From positions 28,785 through 92,784 of the forward strand of contig JBEBGD010000011.1 in the NCBI GenBank assembly GCA_040081625.1: a DNA stretch of 64,000 nucleotides, given 5' to 3'. A program made the translations under genes and the position numbers. Shown here piece by piece: positions 49,939 through 58,350 of the stretch. The notes beneath the pieces are model-generated. The model saw nothing but the letters and a program-made list of their open reading frames with translations, did not search any database and was not told the DNA's origin. Within the stretch, counting starts at the first letter, position 1, and each line of letters starts with the position of its first letter. Source of the stretch: Chthoniobacteraceae bacterium (GTDB lineage: Bacteria > Verrucomicrobiota > Verrucomicrobiia > Chthoniobacterales > Chthoniobacteraceae).

Positions 49939-50817
49939 TCAGCGGAACCGCGCGGCCATTTCCTCTGCGGCCTCGGGGCGCGGGAGAAAATCCGCGGCCT
50001 CGACGAAGGCCTGGCCCTTCGCGCTGACCATGAATTCGATCATCTTGCGCAGTGGCCCGGAGGGCTTGGTGCCCGCGATGAGCATGAGCGGGCGCACGAG
50101 CGGAACCGGCCATTTTCGCGCGCGAAAGTTTTGCTCCGTCGGCTCGATGAGCGCTCCTTTTTCATCGCGAATCGGCAGCGCGATCACGCGCTGGCCATCG
50201 GCCCACTTCGGCGGCACCACCGACAGCGCGCCGGGTGTGGACGCCACGAGATCGCGCGCTTCCTCATTCGTGCGGACCGTCTTCCATCGCCGCCCTGGGC
50301 CGACTCGATGGAGGTCACCATAGAGCCACGTCACAAACGGCTCCCACACGCCGCGCCCGTCGCTCGGGTTGAGAAAGACGGCCCTCAGTGCCGGGCCGCC
50401 CGCCTTCTCCCAGGTCGGCAGTGCGCCTTCGTAGAGCTTGATCAGGTCGTCTTTGCTCACCGAGCGCAGACCGGCCTGCCACGTCGCCTGCGAGACGATC
50501 GGCACGATCACCTGCACGCCGATCTCGATGTCGAAAAGGCTGAACGCCGGGTTCGCGCTGCGATCCTCGGAGGTCACCGCACGCGTGGACATCGCGAGAT
50601 CCACCCGCCCGTTGGAGACGGCGTTGATGGCGAAGTTGCTGCCCACGCTCGTCTCGAAGGCGAGGTCCGCGCCGGTGTCCTTCAGGATTTCCTCCGTCGC
50701 CGGAATCACCGCCTGCGCGACGGTGGACGAACCGAGCACGCGCAGCGGTTCGGCGTGCGCGATGGCGAGCGTCGCGAAAAGCAGCGCGCAGACGCGGAGC
50801 GCGAGCTTCGAGCGCAT
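49939..50817 (-). CDS. PstS-like periplasmic binding protein (divergent)
   Basis: LRVLGSSTV, GS, VDLAMSTR, W...GG, RPLML, FMVS.KGQ. Confidence 0.78.
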   Translation of the reverse strand: MRSKLALRVCALLFATLAIAHAEPLRVLGSSTVAQAVIPATEEILKDTGADLAFETSVGSNFAINAVSNGRVDLAMSTRAVTSEDRSANPAFSLFDIEIGVQVIVPIVSQATWQAGLRSVSKDDLIKLYEGALPTWEKAGGPALRAVFLNPSDGRGVWEPFVTWLYGDLHRVGPGRRWKTVRTNEEARDLVASTPGALSVVPPKWADGQRVIALPIRDEKGALIEPTEQNFRARKWPVPLVRPLMLIAGTKPSGPLRKMIEFMVSAKGQAFVEAADFLPRPEAAEEMAARFR

Positions 50818-50819
50818 CG

Positions 50820-51287
50820 TCAGGCGAGCCCGAGCTTGGCGAACTCCCGCTGGAGCAGGGATTGGAATTCCGCGACGTCCGACTCCGGCGGGCGGTATCC
50901 GGGCTCGGCCGGCACCATGCCGAGCCGTCCGTATTGATCCACATACCACTCCGCGCTCTTGCCATCGGAGAAGGTGGCGCGCCCGCTGGCCATCACGCCC
51001 GGTTTGGTGATTTCATCGACCTTCACCGAGACGCTGCCCGTCGGCAGTTCGCCCGTCTCGTCGGCCAGAGGCGTCGGCGCCTCGGGGGCCGGTTCGTCGT
51101 TCTTTGGCGGCTCCGGCGGCGCGAGGTCCTTCGGCATCACCTTGAGGTCGTCGATGAGGAAGCGCACCTCCATGTAGGTCATGCGGATCTCGAATTCCTT
51201 TTCCAGCCGCGCCTGCACGTCGGCGGGCTTCGCGCCTTCGTCGATCCATGCGGCCACGGCAGTCTTTTGTTCGTCGGTAAGTGTCAT
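50820..51287 (-). CDS. Hypothetical protein (N-terminal helical domain, Pro-rich linker, C-terminal beta domain)
   Basis: Clean 155-aa ORF with host-like codon usage; no family recognised. Confidence 0.75.
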   Translation of the reverse strand: MTLTDEQKTAVAAWIDEGAKPADVQARLEKEFEIRMTYMEVRFLIDDLKVMPKDLAPPEPPKNDEPAPEAPTPLADETGELPTGSVSVKVDEITKPGVMASGRATFSDGKSAEWYVDQYGRLGMVPAEPGYRPPESDVAEFQSLLQREFAKLGLA

Positions 51288-51308
51288 GTCGGAAAGTGAG
51301 TGAGGGCG

Positions 51309-51338
51309 ACACTACGCGTGCGCGCCGTCATGCAGCAA
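51309..51338 (-). promoter_or_regulatory. Possible sigma70 promoter TTGCTG-18-TAGTGT
   Basis: Partial consensus match upstream of ATG 51287. Confidence 0.3.
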
Positions 51339-51362
51339 GGGCGCAACCGGCACCGCGCGCAG

Positions 51363-51788
51363 CTACGTCACCAACCGCCAGATCGCGAGCGCCGCGATCG
51401 GCGCCGCACATCCGATCACGAGGCCGAGGCAGCCTTTCGTGCGCACGTTTGGCGGAAGACTCGGGTCGCTCTGCGCGATGCGCTCGACCGCTTCCTTCGC
51501 CTCCTTCAGCCCGCCACCCATCGCCTCCCGGTAGAGCCGGATCGCCTCGATCTTGTTGCCCGACATCAGCGCGGCGCGGACGGCTGGCGGCACAGTCGCT
51601 GAAGTGCCAGCCTGCGCCGGAATCGCAGTCGCACCCGGGTCGCGCTCCATCTTCTCGACCGCCTCCTTCGCCTCGGCGAGGCCGAGCCCGGTCGCCTCGC
51701 GCAGCAGCTTGATCGCTTCGATTTTGTTGCCGGCGGCGAGCGCGGCGCGGATGGCGGCGAGTTGTTGAGGGGAAAGCGGATCGGGCAT
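51363..51788 (-). CDS. Protein with two ribosomal L7/L12 C-terminal-like domains and a C-terminal TM helix
   Basis: GNKIEAIKLLREATGLGLAEAKEAVE and GNKIEAIRLYREAMGGGLKEAKEAVE; ends KGCLGLVIGCAAPIAALAIWRLV. Confidence 0.82.
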   Translation of the reverse strand: MPDPLSPQQLAAIRAALAAGNKIEAIKLLREATGLGLAEAKEAVEKMERDPGATAIPAQAGTSATVPPAVRAALMSGNKIEAIRLYREAMGGGLKEAKEAVERIAQSDPSLPPNVRTKGCLGLVIGCAAPIAALAIWRLVT

Positions 51789-51838
51789 CCGTCGAGCACG
51801 CCACAGGTAAGCTCCGGCGACAACAGCAGAAAGCCGGG

Positions 51839-51867
51839 TTGACAGTAACAGTGTCGCAATGTATCAC
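51839..51867 (+). promoter_or_regulatory. Sigma70 promoter TTGACA-17-TATCAC, predicted leaderless transcript
   Basis: Perfect -35 at 51839-51844 and -10 at 51862-51867, with ATG 6 nt downstream at 51874; GACA-N7-TGTC inverted repeat overlaps the -35 and spacer. Confidence 0.65.
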
Positions 51868-51873
51868 GTCGCC

Positions 51874-52359
51874 ATGACCGATTCCCTTTCCGTCTCCGAT
51901 CTCGCCGGCCGCGTGAACGACTGGTGCACCGAGCACGACGTCGTCCCCGCCAGCGGCCAGGCCGGTGAGCGCGTGAGCGAGCGGAACATCCGCTTCTATC
52001 GCACCTGCGGCCTGCTCGATGCGCCCGCCGCCGGCGTGAACGGATACGGCGAACGCCACTTTCTCCAGCTCGTCGCCATCCGCCTGCTCCAGGCGCAGGG
52101 GCTGCCGCTGCGCAAGATTCGCGACCTGCTCTTTGGGCGCCCGACGGCCGAGCTTCGCGAGGTGCAGAAGCGCGGCCTCGCCGAGGTGAAGACTACTCGC
52201 GCCACCCGCACCGCGGCGCCGACCGGCGCAGGCGAGCTATGGCGGATGATCCCGCTCGACGACGACTTTCTGATCGTTTCCCGCAAGGGCGCGACGATCT
52301 CCCCCGCCACGCGCGAAGCACTGCTGCGCGCGCTGCGGACCACCAAGCAAAAGCACTGA
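51874..52359 (+). CDS. MerR-like HTH transcriptional regulator
   Basis: SERNIRFYRTCGLLDAP...YGERHFLQLVAIRLLQAQGLPLRKIR. Start placed at 51874 because the ORF-track ATG at 51859 lies inside the promoter. Confidence 0.85.
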   Translation: MTDSLSVSDLAGRVNDWCTEHDVVPASGQAGERVSERNIRFYRTCGLLDAPAAGVNGYGERHFLQLVAIRLLQAQGLPLRKIRDLLFGRPTAELREVQKRGLAEVKTTRATRTAAPTGAGELWRMIPLDDDFLIVSRKGATISPATREALLRALRTTKQKH

Positions 52360-52360
52360 C

Positions 52361-54532
52361 ATGAACCGCGCCCAACCCACACCCGCATTCGGCCTCGTCG
52401 CGTGGCTCGAATCCACCCGCGTCGCGCTCCCGCTCAAGGGCGTCGAATGCCGCTTCGACATCACCGCCGGCGTCGCCAGCGTCGAGATCGACCAGATTTT
52501 CCACCAGGACAACACGCGCCCGCTCGACTGCACCTACACCTTCCCGCTGCCCGCCGGCGCCGCGGTGTATCGCTGCGAGATGCACGTGAATGGCCGCATC
52601 ATCCGCGCACGAGTCGAAGAGCGGAGTGCAGCGGCCCGCATCTACCGCGAGCAAAAGGCGCGCGGCCGGCGCGCGGCGCTCGTCGAGACCGAGCGCGAGA
52701 ATCTCTTCACGCTCACGCTCGGCAACGTGCAGCCCGGCGACCTGATCGTCATCCGCTTCGCCTACTTCCAGACACTCGATCGCATCGCCGACGAACTCAG
52801 CCTCCGCGTGCCCGTGTGCCCCGGCATCCGCTACATCCCCGGCCAGCCGCTGCTGCGTGCGAACCGCGGGCGCGGCGCGATCGACGACACGGACGAAGTG
52901 CCCGACGCCTCGCGCATCACGCCGCCGCGCATCGACGCGCTGCACCCGGACGCGGCCTATTTCACCGTGACGGGAAACATCGCCGCGGACGAAGCGGAAG
53001 CCGGCACGCTCTCGTCGCCGTCACACGCGGTCTTCGTTCGCGGGGCGGACGTGACGCTTGCGGATGGCGCCGCGGTGCCGGATCGCGACTTCGTCCTGCG
53101 CTGGCGTGAGCCGCAGGCCGTGGCGCTCGAACCGCGTGCGTGGTCGAGCGGCTGGCGTGGGAATACCTACGCGCTCGCGCAACTCCGCGCCCCCGCCGAC
53201 GCGCCGATCGTCGCCGACGACGGGCAGGACGTGTATTTCCTCGTCGATCGCTCTGGCAGCATGGCTGGCGCGAAGTGGGCGCAAACCTGCGTGGCGCTGC
53301 GTTCATTCGTCGAGCAGCTCGGCGCTGGCGACCGCGTCTGGATCACGCTTTTCGAGTCAAGCTTCCGGGACTTTGCGGAGAAGCCGATGCCGGCGCCCGC
53401 GGTCCTCGCCGATGCCGGCTTCCGCGGCCTCGAGAGGCTCGGCACCGCCGGCGGCACCGCGCTGCGTCCTGCCGCAGAGCATGTGCTGAAGATCATCGCC
53501 CGCGAGTCGGGCGAGCGCCGCGCGGCCGTCGTTCTCATCACCGACGGGCAGGTCGGCAACGAGTCCGCGATTGTCGCGTCATTCCGCCGCGCCAAGGGTG
53601 TGCGCGCCTTCGCCTTCGGCATCGACACGGCGGTGAACGACGCCTTCCTCCGCGACCTCGCGCGCCAGACCGGCGGCGAGTGCTGGCTGCAAACGCCCGA
53701 CGACGACATCGCCGGCACGGTCGCGAAGCTCGGCGCGCGGCTGCGCCGGCCCGTGCTCACCCGCCTCGCGCTCGCGAAAGGCTGGGCCACGCCCGAGGGC
53801 CGCCTGCGCGATCTGCACGCGGGCGACGCGCTCGTGCTGAGCCTGATCTCGATCGGTGCCGCGCCCGATGAACTCGTGATCTCCGGCTGCACGAACGACG
53901 GAAAAGAGCGCCGCCTCGCGCTCCCGCTGCAGCGCGCGAAAGGACCGGGCGTCCGGCTCCTGTGGGCGCGCGAACAGATCGCGGCGCATCTTGCCGCGGG
54001 TCAGGATCGGGTCGCGCTGGACCTCGCGAAGGAACACAATCTCCTCTGCGAAGGCGCGTCGTTCATCGCATGGGACGAAGCCGAGGAGGTCGCCGTCGCA
54101 AGCGAGGAACTCTACCAGCCGAGCATGTTTGCCGATATAGGAATGATGGCATGTATGTCGGTCGATCGGCCGACCTTCGCGCCGATCAACGAGATAACAG
54201 ACGCTATGATCCGCTGCGCTCCACCTTCGAGACTCGCAATGCGTGAGGATCACTCCGCCCGCGCAGGATGGCGGCTCCAACTCGGGTTGCTCGGGGCGCC
54301 GCTCGATTTCATCGCGGCGCTGGGCATTTGGCAGCGTGACAGCGCGCGCGACGAATCGAAGCGGGTGCGATTACTCGAGGAGTTTGTCACCCGGCTCGAA
54401 GCCGACAGGCCGTCCGGCGCGGAGTTCGTGCGGCGGTGCCGGGAGTTCGTCGAGCAGCACTTCGCGAAGCGCAGCAAGCTGCGGCGCGAGGCGCTCACCG
54501 CGCTGGATGCATGGGCTGCGGCGAGCCCGTAG
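52361..54532 (+). CDS. Cytoplasmic VIT + vWA domain protein
   Basis: VIT: YTFPLPAGAAV, A..IY..QKARGRRAALVE.ERENLFT..LGNV.PG; vWA MIDAS: DRSGSM, GGT, ITDG, FGI..AVN; no signal peptide. Confidence 0.9.
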   Translation: MNRAQPTPAFGLVAWLESTRVALPLKGVECRFDITAGVASVEIDQIFHQDNTRPLDCTYTFPLPAGAAVYRCEMHVNGRIIRARVEERSAAARIYREQKARGRRAALVETERENLFTLTLGNVQPGDLIVIRFAYFQTLDRIADELSLRVPVCPGIRYIPGQPLLRANRGRGAIDDTDEVPDASRITPPRIDALHPDAAYFTVTGNIAADEAEAGTLSSPSHAVFVRGADVTLADGAAVPDRDFVLRWREPQAVALEPRAWSSGWRGNTYALAQLRAPADAPIVADDGQDVYFLVDRSGSMAGAKWAQTCVALRSFVEQLGAGDRVWITLFESSFRDFAEKPMPAPAVLADAGFRGLERLGTAGGTALRPAAEHVLKIIARESGERRAAVVLITDGQVGNESAIVASFRRAKGVRAFAFGIDTAVNDAFLRDLARQTGGECWLQTPDDDIAGTVAKLGARLRRPVLTRLALAKGWATPEGRLRDLHAGDALVLSLISIGAAPDELVISGCTNDGKERRLALPLQRAKGPGVRLLWAREQIAAHLAAGQDRVALDLAKEHNLLCEGASFIAWDEAEEVAVASEELYQPSMFADIGMMACMSVDRPTFAPINEITDAMIRCAPPSRLAMREDHSARAGWRLQLGLLGAPLDFIAALGIWQRDSARDESKRVRLLEEFVTRLEADRPSGAEFVRRCREFVEQHFAKRSKLRREALTALDAWAAASP

Positions 54533-54781
54533 CTACGCCGCCGCCGCGACGCGACGCACACTCAGGATCTCATCGCCGCGCAGCGGCTCGATTTGCGATT
54601 CACGGACGCTCACCACTGCGATCGTCTCGCCGAGTGCGTTGAAGACTTCCAACTCATAGCCCGGCTCCTGCCCTGGGTGACCTTCGTAGGATTCGATGAT
54701 CGTCGCGACATCGCCTCGGCGCAGGTTCTCCTGCGGCAGGTCTGCGGCGAGGGCGATGCGGGTGAAGAGTTCAAATTTCAC
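54533..54781 (-). CDS. DUF4926-like small protein (putative antitoxin/immunity)
   Basis: ELFTRIAL..DLP...LRRGDVATIIE...GYELEVFNALGETIAVVSV. Confidence 0.8.
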   Translation of the reverse strand: MKFELFTRIALAADLPQENLRRGDVATIIESYEGHPGQEPGYELEVFNALGETIAVVSVRESQIEPLRGDEILSVRRVAAAA

Positions 54782-55138
54782 TTATTGTCGGGGTATAGCG
54801 TGAGGAACTTGGTCACGCCAGTGGCTTCCAGCGTGATCCAAATGGACGCGACGCGGAGTTCGCGTCCGTTCGGACCACGGAGGACGCCGCAAATCCGATA
54901 TTTGTTGCCGTAATCGGAGGGGCCGATCAACTCCGCATCGAGCGGCAGGAGTTGATTGCGAATGTCGTTCAAGAGGCGCGTGGCATCCTCCGCAGTGTAG
55001 CCGGCTTGCGCGAGAAGCTGTGATTTGTCGTCCTGATCCCGGTATCGCAGCAGGTATTGCGATATCTTTGCGGGCGCGACGGTGGCGTCTTGTGGCAGCT
55101 TCATCGCGCCGCGCCCATTAAGCCGCCGCCGCGACGCG
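54537..55138. mobile_element. Two-gene cassette bounded by 17-bp direct repeats GCCGCCGCCGCGACGCG
   Basis: Identical 17-mers at 54537-54553 and 55122-55138; the interior is visibly more AT-rich than the flanks. Confidence 0.55.
54778..55104 (-). CDS. DUF6883-like protein (putative toxin)
   Basis: MKLP..A.V...KI..YLL...DDKS....AGY...YGNKY...G.L.GPNGR.L.V.SIW; ATGA-coupled to the DUF4926-like gene. Confidence 0.72.
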   Translation of the reverse strand: MKLPQDATVAPAKISQYLLRYRDQDDKSQLLAQAGYTAEDATRLLNDIRNQLLPLDAELIGPSDYGNKYRICGVLRGPNGRELRVASIWITLEATGVTKFLTLYPDNK

Positions 55139-56272
55139 CCGGAGCTTGCCGACCACGCGCTCGACGGCCTCGATCGCGCGGGGCACTTCCGCCGCGGAGT
55201 TGAACCGCCCGAAGCTGAACCGCAGGCTCGAGCGTGCGCGCTCGTCGCTGAAGCCCATCGCCTTCAACACGTGCGAGGCGTGGACGCTGCCGGTCGTGCA
55301 TGCGCTGCCGCTCGAGCAGCACACGCCGGCGTCGTCGAGCAGCATGAGCACCGCTTCGCTGTCGATGCCCTCGAAGGCGAGGTTGCTCGTGTTTGGCAGC
55401 CGGTTCGCGCGGTCGCCGTTCACCTGTGCGCCGGGCACGCGCTCGAGGATCGCCTCCTCAAACTGATCGCGCCACGCGCGCACCTCGCGGTTCTCGTGCT
55501 CGATGAACTGCCCCGCGACCTCGCACGCCTTGCCGAGCGCGACGATGCTCGCGACGTTCTCGGTGCCGGCGCGCTTTCCATTCTCCTGCCCACCGCCAGT
55601 CATGAACGGCGCGAACTTCGTGCGACGCCCGACGTAGAGCACGCCGACGCCTTTCGGGCAGTGCAGCTTGTGGCCGCTGAGGCTGAGGAAATTGATCTTC
55701 GCGTCCGCGAGCGCGATCGGAATCTTGCCGACGGCCTGCACCGCGTCGGTGTGAAAGAGAGCGCCCTTTCCGCGCACGATGTCGGCGATCTCCGCGGTGG
55801 GAAACAGCACGCCGGTCTCGTTGTTCGCCCACATCACCGAGACGAGCGCCGTGTCGGAGCGGATGGATTTTTCCAGCTCGCGCAGATCGACCTGGCCCAT
55901 CGAATCGACGCCGAGCCACGTGATTTCGTAGCCGCGCTTTGCGAGTTGCTCGCACGTCTTCAGCGTGGCGCTGTGCTCGACGCGCGTCGTCACGATGTGC
56001 TGCCGGTCGCGGTCCATCGCGAGCGCACTGTGGATGGCCGCATTGCTCGATTCGGTGCCGCAACTCGTGAAGAGAATCTCCCCCGGCTCGCAGCCGAGCA
56101 GCGCGGCCACGCGCTCCCGCGCGAGGTCGAGCGCCGTGGCGACCTGCTTGCCGAAGCGATACGCACTCGACGGGTTGCCGTAGCGCTCGGTGAGGAAGGG
56201 CAGCATCTCCTCGACGACGGCTGGGTCCACTCGCGTGGTCGCGTTGTTGTCGAGGTAGATGAGGTCGGTCAT
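55118..56272 (-). CDS. iscS: Cysteine desulfurase (group I, IscS/NifS)
   Basis: YLDNNATT, YGNPSS, HTDAVQ, SGHKLH..KG (PLP Lys), RAGTEN, SSGSAC, SLRFSFGR. Confidence 0.95.
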   Translation of the reverse strand: MTDLIYLDNNATTRVDPAVVEEMLPFLTERYGNPSSAYRFGKQVATALDLARERVAALLGCEPGEILFTSCGTESSNAAIHSALAMDRDRQHIVTTRVEHSATLKTCEQLAKRGYEITWLGVDSMGQVDLRELEKSIRSDTALVSVMWANNETGVLFPTAEIADIVRGKGALFHTDAVQAVGKIPIALADAKINFLSLSGHKLHCPKGVGVLYVGRRTKFAPFMTGGGQENGKRAGTENVASIVALGKACEVAGQFIEHENREVRAWRDQFEEAILERVPGAQVNGDRANRLPNTSNLAFEGIDSEAVLMLLDDAGVCCSSGSACTTGSVHASHVLKAMGFSDERARSSLRFSFGRFNSAAEVPRAIEAVERVVGKLRRVAAAA

Positions 56273-56368
56273 GGCTTGGTGAAAGGGCGCGGACGCTATT
56301 CAGGCAGGGAAATCGGGCAAAGGGAAGTTTGTGTCATTGGTCGGGACCTGTTTATCCTCCGCGCGCCT

Positions 56369-57466
56369 ATGAACCGACTCGCCGCCATCTTCCTGCTCAC
56401 CGCCACCGCCACTTTCGCCGAGGAAATCCCGGCGATCACCGTCAGTAAAAGCGACAAGCTGCCCATCGCCATCAGCGGCCTCGCCGCGGCTGATGCAAAG
56501 ATTCTCTCCAACGATCTCGCGATGTCCGGCGCGTTCACGATCGTGCCCGCGGATCGGGCGCAGTTCGTCGTCGCGAACCTCGGCCTCGTGAACGATCGCG
56601 GTGGCAAGACCGTGCTCCAGAGCAGCTACCCCGGCGCGGCGCGCGCGAAGATTCACGCCTTCGCCGACGACATCGTCGAGACGCTCACCGGCATGAAGGG
56701 CATCGCGCGCACGAAGATCGGCTTCGTCGCCACGAAGACCGGAAAAAAGGAGATCTACACGTGCGATGCCGACGGCTCGAACATCGTGCAACTCACGCGC
56801 GACGGCGCGATCAGCGTCGCCCCGTGCATCAGCCCCGACGCGCGCAAGCTCGCCTACACCGGCTACCACAGCGGCTACGCCGACGTGTATGAGATCGACC
56901 TTGGCAGCGGCGCGCGCAGTCGCATTCTGAAATATCCCGGCACCAATTCCGGCGCGTCGTATTCGCCCGACGGCGGCAGGATCGCGGCGACGCTGAGCAA
57001 GGACGGCAACCCGGAACTTTACGTCACCGGCGGCATGGGCGCGAAACGGCTCACGCGCACGAAAGGCGTCGAATCCTCGCCGACGTGGAGCCCCGATGGC
57101 ACCGAGATCATCTACTCGAGCGACGACCGCGGCGGCCCGCAGCTTTACCGCATCAGCGCGAGCGGCGGCAGCGGCCGGCTCATCAGCACCGGCCACGGCT
57201 ACTGCACCGAGCCGAACTGGTCGCCCGACGGAAAACGCGTCGCCTTCAACACGCGCGGCGGCGGCTTCCAGGTCACGATCCTCGATCTCGCCGGCGGCGG
57301 TGCGCGCACCGTCGGCGAAGGCCAGGACCCGGTCTGGGGCGCCAACTCGCGGCACCTCATCTTCGCAAGTGGAGGCTCGCTCGTGATGCTCGACACGCTC
57401 ACCGGCCAGCGGACGACGGTCGTCGGCGGGCTCGGGAGAATCAGCGAGCCGACATGGTCGCGGTGA
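56369..57466 (+). CDS. tolB: Tol-Pal beta-propeller protein TolB
   Basis: Signal; ILSNDLAMSG.F; H.FADDIVE.LTG..GIA.TKI.FV; PD40 repeats SPDA, YSPDG, WSPDG; SKDGNPELY. Confidence 0.9.
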   Translation: MNRLAAIFLLTATATFAEEIPAITVSKSDKLPIAISGLAAADAKILSNDLAMSGAFTIVPADRAQFVVANLGLVNDRGGKTVLQSSYPGAARAKIHAFADDIVETLTGMKGIARTKIGFVATKTGKKEIYTCDADGSNIVQLTRDGAISVAPCISPDARKLAYTGYHSGYADVYEIDLGSGARSRILKYPGTNSGASYSPDGGRIAATLSKDGNPELYVTGGMGAKRLTRTKGVESSPTWSPDGTEIIYSSDDRGGPQLYRISASGGSGRLISTGHGYCTEPNWSPDGKRVAFNTRGGGFQVTILDLAGGGARTVGEGQDPVWGANSRHLIFASGGSLVMLDTLTGQRTTVVGGLGRISEPTWSR

Positions 57467-58350
57467 GCGCGGCCCAACTCACCTCGCTTCTCACCAACCG
57501 CGACCTCGACCGGCTCGCGCGGCTGCGGCTGAATGCGTCGCGACGCTTCACCAATCGGGCGCGCGGCGAGCATCTCGCGGCCAGGGGCGGCACGAGCACG
57601 GAGTTTTGCGACTACCGAGATTACTCGCCGGGCGATGATGTGCGCTTCGTGGATTGGAACATCTTCGCGCGCATCGCGCGGCCGTATCTCAAGCAGTTCC
57701 ATCACGAGGAGGAACTGCACGTCGCGATCGTCGTCGATGGATCGAACTCGATGCTCTTCGAGGAAAAGTTCGCGCTCGCGCGCAAGCTCGCGGCGGCCTT
57801 CGGCATCGTTGGATTACGCGGACTGGAGAAGGTGAGCGTGACGCTGGTCGGCGGCGCGGGCGCGGAGCGGCTGCGGCCCAGCAGCGGACGCATGAGCCAG
57901 CGAAAGGTGTTTGCATTTCTCGAAGACACCGAGCCCGGTGGTGAGACGGCATTCGACCGCGGCATCGAGCTTTTCCTCCGCCAGCACAGCGGGCGCGGCG
58001 TGGCGATCCTTCTCAGCGATTTTCTTTCCGCGGACGATTTCATGCGCCCGTTCAACCTGCTCCACAGCGCCGGGCTCGAGGTGATGGCGCTGCAAATCCT
58101 CGGCCCGGGCGAAGTCGCGCCGGAGCTCGCAGGCGACTTACGCTTTGTCGATAGCGAGACGCAGGCGACGCTCGACATCACCTCCGCCGGCGACCTGCTC
58201 GCGCTCTACCACGAGTATCGCGACGGCCACGCCGCTCGACTCGCCGAACTGTGCCGGAAACGCAGCGGACGATTCCTCAGCGTGAGCACCGCCGAGCCTT
58301 TCGAGACGATCGTATTCGACACGCTGCGCCGCCGGGGCTGGATTGTGTGA
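57463..58350 (+). CDS. DUF58 family protein
   Basis: GEH...G.STEF.DYRDY.PGDD.RFVDWN..AR, VDGSNSM, LSDF; GTG overlaps the tolB TGA (alternative ATG at 57454). Confidence 0.9.
   Translation: MSAAQLTSLLTNRDLDRLARLRLNASRRFTNRARGEHLAARGGTSTEFCDYRDYSPGDDVRFVDWNIFARIARPYLKQFHHEEELHVAIVVDGSNSMLFEEKFALARKLAAAFGIVGLRGLEKVSVTLVGGAGAERLRPSSGRMSQRKVFAFLEDTEPGGETAFDRGIELFLRQHSGRGVAILLSDFLSADDFMRPFNLLHSAGLEVMALQILGPGEVAPELAGDLRFVDSETQATLDITSAGDLLALYHEYRDGHAARLAELCRKRSGRFLSVSTAEPFETIVFDTLRRRGWIV

Noticed and set aside
498..50027. Many long plus-strand ORFs (e.g. 5036..7168, 10706..13465, 25539..28241, 42592..44961)
   Set aside because: Antisense shadows of GC3-rich genes; Arg/Ala-rich with no motifs.
51363..51788. 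Calling this gene rplL
   Set aside because: Lacks the N-terminal dimerisation domain, has a TM tail, and is not beside rplJ/rpoB.
56290..56360. Divergent sigma70-like boxes between iscS and tolB (TATCCT; TAGCGT)
   Set aside because: Weak -35 matches and non-optimal spacing.
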